Source: Antedon mediterranea (Eukaryota; Animalia; Echinodermata). Taken from it: a DNA stretch of 64,000 nt. Where the stretch lies: NCBI RefSeq assembly GCF_964355755.1, contig NC_092671.1:34792304-34856303 (forward strand), given 5' to 3'. The notes beneath the pieces were generated by a model. That model was not told the DNA's origin, made no database searches, and worked only from the letters and a program-made list of their open reading frames with translations. The position numbers and the translations under genes were made by a program. Every line of letters begins with the position of its first letter. Position 1 is the stretch's first letter. Of the stretch, positions 15,201 through 27,200 are shown in pieces.

Positions 15201-18200
15201 AATTAGCATTAAAGTTTAAATAAAAACAAAATTTGCTTTTAGTAATGAGATCAGTATTTATAGTAGACAAAAATGAATAATTTATAATACAGTATTAGAA
15301 ATAAATAAGTTTCCTTTTACAAATAAATTATTTATATAAATGATACTGGACAAATTGTTGAAAATACTAACACAATTTTTTAACAATTTAAATATAATTT
15401 TAAATACATACTTAAATGCAGAATATTCTCTTCTTCAGTATCCATAATAAGTGGTTTCATATTCCATCATTAATTATTAAAATACTCTTTTAGAATCAAA
15501 CAATAGAACATTGAGTGAAAGACCACAAGAATTTCACCCCCTATATCTTTGAAAATAATGACAGACCAAAAGTCACAACTTTCATAATCTACATTGTTGA
15601 TGTTGCCAAGCAAACAATATGCTTACATCCTGGAGGAATTTATGTGTCAATTTTTGTACCCCACTTGGTTTGGCAAGTGTGCCTGTAATCACGTAAGTAA
15701 ATAATTATAATATCTCAGCTACAATATTGAACAATTTGGATAGGTCAATATACTTATGTCACAAGTGAAGATAGGATGGGCCACCCCTTTTTTTTTCATT
15801 TTCAATACAGTTTGATGTTTTGTATTTTTTAAATTATGTTTTGACTTTTAATTGTTATTCTTTGTAAACTCATAAGAATTTCAACTTATGTTGCATTTTG
15901 AGTATATATACCGAATAAAAAAAAATAATCTAAAATTACCCAGAATGATTTATTATTTGGGAATTTTATAGGGGTGGGGTTATGCACTAAAAGTCTATCT
16001 GACTGTAGATATTATTTTTTAAAGCTAAAACTTACTATTTATTTTGGCAATTATTATGTTTAATACAAACCGAAAGACCTACAACTTTAAACATATGGCC
16101 CTAAAAAATGATTAAATAATCCCAATCCCAATCTACACTTTTAAAGATGTATTGTCCCCCAAAACATGAAAAATGAAGATAAATTTAAATCAGACTTTGA
16201 ATTTCTACATGTTATTTTGTAGTTTAAATCAAGTTAATTACTTTTGTAGAAAAAAAAATGTTTTTACTTTTATAAAATGACAAAATAAATGTTTACATTC
16301 GTTAAAAAATACATTGGCTGGCAGCCAATTTGACTATTTTTTGGCTTTAAATTACAGTTTTTTTCAGGTAAATACATTTTTTTAAATCCAATTTTTGGTC
16401 GAAGTGGATAACTTTATTGTGATATTAAATTGGCATTACAAAAAATTTGTAAGAATTATTTTTTCAGGGGGACAATGCATCTTTAAGTCAGAAGCTATTC
16501 TAAACTTAAGTACATTTGATTTTATAGAGTAAAACAACATAAGCACTGTAGTATAGTGTTTGCTGATTGGTAGACATACTTATCAATATTCATGTGATAA
16601 AATGTCAACAAGCGATAACATTCTAGTTTCTACTACGACATAAAATAAACAAAGACATCGTGTATGTTAATTGGTTCGTCTGGCGCCATCTCAATTCTCA
16701 TCAGTAGCCAATGTATGTTTACGTGAACTTTTCTCTACCAGAAAATATAGTCCATCCTATGGTTTAGTTTACATACACAGATATATACCCGCTTATCTAA
16801 CATAAAATTCTGAAACCTGTCCGAGTTAATGACACAGAGGTATAAAGAGAGTTAACAGATAAAATGAGCAATTGCGTCGGATGTAACTCAGATAAGATTC
16901 CTGATCATTTACCTCTGTTCTATGCGCGCTTAACTCTATTGCATGTGAACACAGTTTTAGTATTTATTCGTTTATCATGCTTATAAACTAAGTCTCAATT
17001 GAGGCTTAGGGAGTGGAGTTGAAAGAGTTACAACCCTGTCACTAGGTCAGGATTGAACCCTGTACCTTGGGATTGGAAGGCAAGCATGTTATTGTTAACC
17101 ACCAAGCTACAGCTCCACTACAAATATTTTTATACTTAGACACTCAAATACTATAAATGCTTTATGTACGACCATTGTTTAATTGTGCTCAGGCAATTTT
17201 TTTGTTACTACGTAACTGTTGACCATGTATTGTTACATTAACTGGTGTTCATTTTGTATTTACTACATAATCACATTAACGGTTGTTACTACATTAGCTG
17301 GCGTTTTCTACATTAGTAGTTGCAACAGCATGAAATATGTTGTATGTTGCAAAACGATTAAATAAGTAAATAATTATTACAAATCAAAATCAAAACTTCT
17401 TTACTTTCGTTTTACTATTCAAAGTTCAATAATTTTGTACATTTGTTTACTTGGTTGTCTATCAATCCAATACCAAACTAAACTGTACTTACCTACTAGG
17501 TGTTCAAATTCCAACGGATCTGGCTCAATTGTAGACGTAGAGGATCCGTCGTCATCCTCATCATTGTCGTCAGTTTCATTTACGTCACAAATCATAAGTG
17601 ACAGGCATTTTGCCATTTTAAAATGCATTTTCTGAACCATGTAATAATACTTATTTTGTGTTTTTGACACGCACTAGTTCCATGTATACTTTAATAATTT
17701 ACAGTATTTGAAAAAAGGCTGTATTGGTGTTTGGCAAAAACTTCATTATAACACGCTATGTAGTGATCTACCGAGAAGCATGTTAGCACAACATGTGCAT
17801 AGAAAATTATTATTAATTTTTGTTATGCAACAATTTATAAATATCAGCGTGGTTGAGTTTTCAAAGCTACATATTAGTCTTACAGTAATTACTCTTCTCG
17901 ATCCAGGTACGCCAGTTTATAATAAAACATTACAAAAGCTATCATTATTAGTATTGATTTTTGCATTGTGGGTTGTTAAAAAAAAATGCATAAAGTCCGT
18001 TCATCAAGAATAGTTATTTTGAAGCTAAGTAATATAATTTGTCCACAGTGGGTAGGCTTATATAAGGGACAGAAACAGCTTGTTTGTGCTTCATCAATGC
18101 TGTTTGTAACGATTAAGAATAGTTGTTAAAGAACCACATAAGACTTTAATAATGGCAGTGTTTGTAATCTCTTTTAGTACTTCTACTACTACTCTACACT

Positions 18201-21200
18201 TTTTCTTCAGATATTGATGTTTTGGCTTCAGTTAATACAAAATCTTACTGTTTAAAACAAAATCTATCTTCTCTTCTGAATTAAAAGTTAAAACTCCTTT
18301 CTTTTCTTAGCTTTTAACGCTGGATAATAACTTGAAATCTTTAATAAAACTTGGATTTTTTTTTCCAAAATGATAATGATCATCCAACAAAAAAATCACA
18401 ATTGGTAATTCTTCAAAAGTTAAAAACGTAAATATGTATCAAGCTTTAAAGTAAAATTTTTCCTAAGGCAAAACAACTTCTTTGTCGCAAAATGTTGATT
18501 TCTTCCAAATAAAATTCACTATTACACTGCAAGTTAATAATAATTCCACAATAAAGAGTATCTGATCCAACAGCCAACAAGATCCACAATGAAAGATAAG
18601 CAACCTATGTACTGTGTCCAGAAGTCGTCTGCTCAATTAGTGCTAGGCTATTAAACAGACACAAAAAATACCACCAGGGTAAGGTGGAAAGCCCCTTCCC
18701 AGTCTGCGACCAAGGCTAGTATGCATTGCTAGGTTGATAGCACAATTCTCTACATCCTTTTCTATTGGTTATTGATTGGTATGATCTATGGTATGTATTT
18801 AACAGGTCCATTGAAGCGTAAACAAAAATAACACGATGTTGGACCATTCCATTATTTGTCCAAACAAAAATTATGATGTATTTATCTTTCAGGTGGATTA
18901 ATTTATAACAAACTCTGATTAAGGCGTTTGGCTATATAAATAAAAATACTTGATGAAAGGAATATCTGACATTATATTTTGTATATAGATCTTTTGAATT
19001 ACTTATTCATTTATTAAACTATGAAAACAAGCTGGTAGGCAGAGTTATACACATTTGTTGTTAAACATTCCATTGAATTAATTTATATTAATTAATTAAT
19101 GAACATTAAATAACAATTTAATTTAGCCTAATTAAAACAAAGCTTGATACTATAACTCAGTGCATGGTTTCTAATTAAAAACCTGTTCTATTCCATGGTA
19201 AATACTGTCTATGTCCTTTTGAGTATAGTGGGCTGGTAAAATACAGCACCTGTCCTTAGCAACAGGCAGCTTTGATAAACATAAAATTAAAATTTGTAAT
19301 TGTTTATATCTAGTTATTTAAAGCCAAGATTTACTGTATACTACTTAAGTAACTCAGTGTAGGCCTACAGTATGTACATATCCCGGCCATTTCACGTTAA
19401 AATCTAAGTTTAAACATTAGGTCTCAATCCTTTGATTAACATGCTGTTTTTTATTTGTTTTTTTTTTTGACAGCAGGGATTGAGGATGGAATATTCATAG
19501 TACCCATAAAATACGGCACAAGTAAATTAAAAAGGTAATTATTATTATTAGTAAAGTATAATCAGACCATCAATGTCGTAGCAATACAAGTATACAGTAA
19601 ATGAATCAACAGATTAATTACATATTTTTGATTGACATTTTCCTATTTAAAAAGCTTATTGAAATTGACTTTATGCTTTTGTTGGGTGCCCTACAGTAAT
19701 TATGAAAATTAATTAACTTCATGAGACATTTGATTGGCAATTTAGTATTTTCTAAATTAAACATGGTATAATAGTCTTCAATCCTTTTAGCACATATTAA
19801 ATTACCAATATACTTAAGTATCGTGACAAAAATGAAGACAGAAAATATAGAGTGAGTACGAAAAATTTCAGTTAAATTCTAAACCTGAATTATACATTAG
19901 TATAATTAATTCTTCATTTGACATCATTATTACCCAATCAAAATAGTGCAAAATCACTACTCACAATAACATTATTACTGTACAGTAGGCATAATGACCG
20001 TGTAATAGTCCAAGGTGGCTGGGTACAAAATTTGGCCAAAATTATTGGTGGTGGATAACAATGAATTACTAATTTAACTTTGAATCTCATTTATTCATTT
20101 AAACCATAATCGGTAAAAATGACTAAAACAGACTTTAAACAAATACTTCCAGAGTTTAATTTAAAACATTTGATTTAGAAAAATATTGATTTTCTGGAAC
20201 TATGTTTACTACTACTGTATACAGATGATATCTACTTTAAGGATCCATGTAAGAAATGGAAAAATCAATACGATTTAAAATATAATAATAAAGGTGCCTT
20301 TTTTGACGTATAATTACATTATTGATCAAGGACAGTTTAATAAATAGCTGTATGCACTATTTATCATATTAATTATTATATTCTCATCTTTTAAATAGGA
20401 ATTATAGAGGGCAGTATGTATGTGAAATCTAATGTGAGGTTTTATCTATACATATTGATTTTATTTTTTAAAGCTTCATGGTTAAAATAAAATTAGTGAG
20501 AAATTGAAAAATACTAGGCAGCAAACCATACCATATAATAATATACAAATAATGAATGTTTATGAGTGCAATGGTACAAATAATGGCACGAGGTGAATGA
20601 TGAAAGGTTATATCAACGAGGCAAAGCCGAGTTGATATAACCTTTCATCATTCACCAAGTGCCATTATTTGTACCATTACACGAATACAAAACATTCATT
20701 ATTTGTTTTATATAACATCTAAATAACAAACAAAAATGTTTCAAAAAGTACTATTTAACGATCGTTGAATAGTGCGTACTATTGCACGCCATGTGACCCA
20801 CATTCGTCCAATCAAATGACAGGAATTTATATAGGTGTTATATAATACTGTATATTCTGTTCCACCTATTCACTTCAGAAACAGTAATGTTCTGAGACTG
20901 ATGATGAGAATAGTTTGTCAAAACATGTCAAGGCATTTTAAGGCAGTTTGCCTATTTATCAAATGCCTCACAATCATGATTTTAACTCGAAAGTTTGGTG
21001 GAATCATACATGATTTATCTAAGAAACAGTTAATAAAAGTTGTTTTAAAAATGGACCAAGGGGAATTAAATAAAATCAAAAATAATAAGGAAGGCAGTAG
21101 GACCCAGAAAGATACTGTATCTTGAGACGGGACTGCCTGAGACAAAGGTACGGACGCATTCAACGTTGAAATTGAAAGAGCAACCAAAATCCAAGAAAAC

Positions 21201-24200
21201 ACTTATGATCAACGTATTCATAAACATGTGTTTAATTGAGTCATCATTTATATAAGATTAAAATGATATGACTCATATCAAAATAAAAAAAGTGATTAAC
21301 TTTCAAAAGTAGGTGGATAGTTATTTCGAGGAAGTTATAAAATATGGCGGACTAAATTTGGGATTTGGTATAGTACGTACTGAATGAACCACATAACCTC
21401 ATCTTCCTTCCTATCCCTTTTAAAGGTCAATATTTGACCTTTGAGCATCACACATTTCTAAACTTTGGAATCTCATTTAAATATGGGTATCTGCTTCAAC
21501 AAGAAATATTACATTGTTTATATGGAAGTACAGTACTGTACAGTACTATAGAAACAGGCAAAGTTTAAAAAAGAAATATAATCAATTTACTTTCAAGTTT
21601 AATAAAAAAATAACACTATACAGTACAACCAAGTATACACTAGTCATATGTATTTAATACAACTACTTAATCTACTGTAGTATAAATTCCAACACAAGAT
21701 TTTGGTGAATCAGTAGTTAATAAAATGATCTCAAGAAACTGAAATATTGAATTTGTGATATTACTTGATTAATAAGAAAATGTGATGCTTTAATTAGCCC
21801 GTACCTAGACATGTTAGAGTTCATCGACCTTGTACTTGACCACTAATTACTGTCAGTACTTCACTGAATAAGAAAATCTCAGAAGTGGTTGCACTTTATT
21901 TCATATTTAATTAATGCTTTTTTTTTTCAAATGTGTCTTTAATTTGGGGACAATAAAGGAGCGTAACAGTGCAAGTCTGAATTTTTTTTTTGCTTTGCCA
22001 ATCTGGCAGTAGGTCTTTCATAAAGGCTGCAGTTCTGTACAATCCATCCAAATACATAGCTTGGATTGTGTACTGTATTGTAGGTTTCTGCTAATTTCTA
22101 GTCCCTGTTTGGTCAATGTTGCAGACTGTTCAATGGCACTTTGCCAAATGTGCATGTGGTTATTGTACAGTACAGGTATCTCTCATATGATCATAGGAGA
22201 CAATACTGTACGTCTCATAGATGGCAATCAAAAAACAATACCTCATATAGGAATGAGTTAAAAATACCATGGAGGATCACAAAACATTTCCTAGATATAT
22301 CCATGTGTAGTATATTAAGAAGTACACACAGGAACGGAAGACAGTCCTGTCTTTGGAGAAATGCGAATACAATCACTCACCTAACACACTCTAAAATGCC
22401 GTGCTTGAGGAGTGCAATTTACAGCACACCCCAAGATACCAACCTACAGCACACCTGAATGTATTGATTGAGAAATGCAATTTGTCACTGTATACAAACA
22501 TGGCCTGGGAAGGTAAAAAAAAAAGGTACATTTTACTTACAAAAGTATTTTAACGTCTCTTCCATCATCATTGGCGACAATAAGTCATCTTCTAAGACGT
22601 CGGCATCTACGTTCATATCCATGTTTCCGCATGTCTGTAGCCAGTCCCCGTGGCCATACGTGTAGCTTGACGTTGTGTCAGCTCGTAAACGATACAATGG
22701 TATTTTCTCTTCCAGAAGGCTTATTATCTCTATCTCAGGTATATCGGAAGTATTGTGAAGATCTGAAACAAAAATATAATAGTATCATATTTAGTATTAA
22801 TTCTGGTAAACTAAATACAGTATTGTTGTTGAATAAAGACATAATCATCTTTACAGCTAATATATTTTTAGGAACTTTTGAATAGATGTTGGTACAACCA
22901 TAAACAAAGTGAAATACTATTACTGTAACTGTACCTACTGTATGTTCTATTGCCATTGGGGTAGTTTCAGTTAATGCCCCATGGCTTCAAAAACAATTAT
23001 TTGAGTTTCCTGCTGCGTTACCTGCACCAGTACCATAAATTACCACACCACACTATTATAGCCAACAGCATCACTTCTTTGCGCACGGAAACTCCACACC
23101 TGCCCTCCTCCCCAACAACTCAAGACACACACAGAAAACAAATTAAAATAGTGTTGAAACTAGTCAAATTAGCCAATGTTTTGTCGATCCTCTATGGTTT
23201 TGCCACTGAGAACATTGACATTTGTAGGGTTTGGTTGGATCCAGGCTGTGACTTGAACTTCAACAAGTTCAGAGTTCATCCACAGTACTGATAGACCTAC
23301 AGTACCTGCCCAGTTACAGTCATATTAAAGTGATTATGAATGAAACTAATCCTAAATAAATCTCAGAAGATAACGTTTAGAAACGAAACTTCTTACCTAT
23401 TATAGTACTGTACTTACGATGAATGGGAAACCTGAAAATAGACTAGCTGAGAAAAAGGTGTCAACATCCATCCAAGCGATATTGAGAAAATGTTAAGATA
23501 TGATGCAAGAGATTGTCTTATTTCATCATACTCGAGCTACATCAGTTCTAAACTGTTATAGCATGATGGTTGATTGATCTGGGTATCAACTATCAACTGA
23601 CTACACTTCAAGCACTCGTCATTTTTAGCACCTAGCATGGATTTTTCTAAGATTTTGGAAAGGAGTAAAAATGGCAAATTGAAATACTGTACAGTCTCAG
23701 GATACTACTTTACTCAACAATCAATTGCTTTGTTATTGAATAAGCGACTTCGATAACTCTATATTTAAAAGGTCAACAACAAGGCTAGGAACGATAATGA
23801 TGATGTAAAATTACATCATCATGCTAGCTTAGATGGAAACTTTTGTCACGATTGACCGTTTAAATATGGCGCCCTCTGCAGTTATCGAAGTCGCTTATCA
23901 GATATCTATTTTTACATTTATGTATTCTAAAAAAATCATTTTATTTAATATAATAATGAATATTTATAATTCTATTATATGAAAAATATTAAAAAATAAA
24001 TATATTAAAAGGTACTGGTTACGATGCTTTATATTCATACAGTACATTTATTTTGTATGTTAAAATCAACAAACCAAATTTCATTTTAACCATGTTGTTT
24101 AAATGACAATAAATATTATCATATCGTATAAAATCATATATTTTCAAAAAGAGGTCATTTTATCCTCCCCGCCTTTGCAACTACAGTACGACTATGTAGT

Positions 24201-27200
24201 ACTGTAAAGTTTATGAATACAGTATGCCAGAATTTATTTAAAAGATATTTGTTTTGCATAATAAAGCAAAGATTTTGTTTTACTATTAGGACACAGATAA
24301 CGAAAGCCATCGAAATATATAGTTTAGCAACAAACTATAAATTTCCATCATAAATAAAAATATTTGTTCTCTAACATTTGGCGGCACTCCAGAATAAAAC
24401 AGTTTTGTTATTAATATTATCAATAATTTGTGGACCTTGATTTTGTTTTCGATGTCTCTCTGTCATATAACAAAAGCAGATAACAAAGGCCTTTTTATAG
24501 CAAAAAAAAAAAAGATTAATGTCATTATAATTTGTACCATGTATAAAGGTCTCGAACACTCTGTAGTGCATGTATTTGCTTAAAAAAGTAATAGATAATT
24601 TTCCGATAAATGAATCAAACAAGACACAATTGTCATACAGATATATAGAACACCTATTAGCTACACCTGAACTTGATAATAATATATAATAAACAATATT
24701 GTTGAATTATATAGTACCAAATATTGTACTGTATGTACAGTATACAAACAAATAATGCAGTAGCTACGTCTACGTCTAGTCATAGATGCAATCCATGTGC
24801 TACTATATGTCTACGCATATTGAGTAGATCAGGCCAAAGGCCCTCTTTCTGAGCGCTCTTTCTCGGACCTCTGGCCCTCGTAACCTAAAAAAAAACCTTC
24901 CTTTAGGAAAATGGCGAGAAAAGACGAAGAAGATGGCAAAAAAAAAAATGATGTTGCGAGACCTAGGCACTACCCATTCATGTGTAAATGCAGCCAGTAT
25001 GAAAAACGAATATAAAGAAAAACCAGCCAAGAAGTAATGGGGAGATGCCCTCTTCTATACTGTAGATAGAATAGTAGTCATTTCGGGTCCTACCGATGCC
25101 ATAAAAATACATAAAATCATTGGCTTACAGTTAAAGGCGAAAGTTATGCTCAAATTAATTCATAATGTTATTTTTTTTCAGAATTTGATTTTAACATAAT
25201 GTTTTTTTCTTAACATTTTTATGAATCTGTGAAAAATAGCCACTTACATAAAAAATCGGGCCTCATGCGCAAAACTCACGCATTAACGCATAAGAGTTGG
25301 CAGGTTCAAAGGATCTGTCCCATTTTTTGTGCATACATAAATTTATTGCATGTTAACTGCATTCATCACAGGTTGTGGCTATCAATCTATTTTTACTGTA
25401 GTAAGTAGGTACAGTACAAAGTAGCCTTCGCTATGTAGTTTTACATATAAATGGAAATTTATGGTGGCTCGAAACTGAAAATGTCACCTTCAGGAAAGGC
25501 CTCCAAAGTACCCTCTCTTTGCTGAATACACCTTTACCAACCAATGAAAACCATATTATGTACTTACATTTAATATTTTGTTTGTCAAAAAGCGCAACAA
25601 CATTTTATTCAAACGATTCACATGCAGACAATAACAACCTATTAAAACTCAGTACATCCCACGATTCATATGAAATTGTTTTGCATAACAGATTAATATC
25701 ATTAATTTATACAAAACAAACTGTATTCAAGGACACAGAAAGTTATTTATAAATTCATGTCAAAGGTGAGAATATATTTATGTGTTAATTGAAAGCAGAT
25801 GTAATATACATAAAACAATTGGTACAAATTGTACTTAGATAGAATATTTCAATGTAAGTTTTCTTCACATAGCCAAGCATCTGTCTGTTCAAATAACCAA
25901 TATTTTTATCATTCTCATCATGATCACCATGATCACCATGACGATCATCAACAGCTACCATCGTCAGAACCTCATCCTAATGCTGGCACAAAAAAAATCC
26001 AAACTATCTATTCTTTCCATCAAATTAGTATGCAAATTATATGCAGACAAGCAGATTTGACGGATCGAGCTAACCCCTTGATGAAGTTTCTATTACTGTA
26101 GCAGTGAAAGTGATGGTAAATAGGCCAAACTAGCCTACTTCATTATGATTTGTACTTCTTTTGTGAAAACAAAAAACACCTATAAAAATCCTGGCTACAG
26201 GCTTGTGTAGAAAGAAACCTTGCAATGTAAATAAATCTGTTATACACTCTACCTGAGACAATGGTTACTTTAACCGACCACTGCCTGCCCAGTAGAACTT
26301 ACCATGATCTTGGTAAAAGTAACCACGCTGGCTAAAAGGTCCAATACAAACGCGCGCGTCAGGTAAACAAAATTACACAAACCAGTAGTGGTGTTAGTAG
26401 TCTATGAGTGCTAGCTTACCTGTATAAACCGACAATAGCCCGTGCTCTCCAGAGGGAGGGCTTAGATACGAAAGTGAAAAGTTCCTAGAATAGTTTTTAA
26501 CATCAAGGTTAAATTTTTGAATTTACCTGTAATGGAACCTGTTTCCATAAACTCTATCTCTGGCAGCCATCTTTAAACACCTGTATGCCATTTAAGAAGC
26601 TGTGCTGTACTTTGTGACCTCTCAGCCTAGCTAAACATTAATTACCTCATTGAAGGTGTATCATTAATGAGAGAAATCATCTCAATCTCACTCCTTACTG
26701 TACCTGTAATGGCACATGCTTCCATAAAATCTTTCTAATCTCTGCTACCATGTACATAAAATGTCAATCACCTTAACTTTTTCATTTCATTTCATTTCAC
26801 ATTTATTCAATTAATGAAAACTTGACCTCATAATGTAGCTACTGTACATCTCTGTAACTTCAATCAATCTTAATCTATCAGTAAATCATTTCCACTCCTT
26901 ACCTGTAATGGCACATGCTTCCAAACAACCTTTCTAAGCTCTACTGCCATCAATTCCATGTACATACAGTATTAACCACCTTAAGATGAAGCTACTGCAA
27001 CCTCATAGCTACTGTACATCTCTGTAACTTCAATCAATCTTAATCTATCTAGTAAACCATTTCCACTCCTTACCAGTAATGGCACATGCTTCCAAACAAC
27101 CTTTCTAAGCTCTACTGCCATCAATTCCATGTACAGTACATAATAACCACATTAAGATGAAGCTAACTGTAGTTTGTGCCCTCATAGCTACTGTACATAA

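Noticed and set aside
23418-23431. 14-nt minus-strand microexon (ttttcag|GTTTCCCATTCATC|gtaagt)
   Set aside because: It is not frame-preserving in a phase-1 intron; kept only as part of a low-interest alternative hypothesis.
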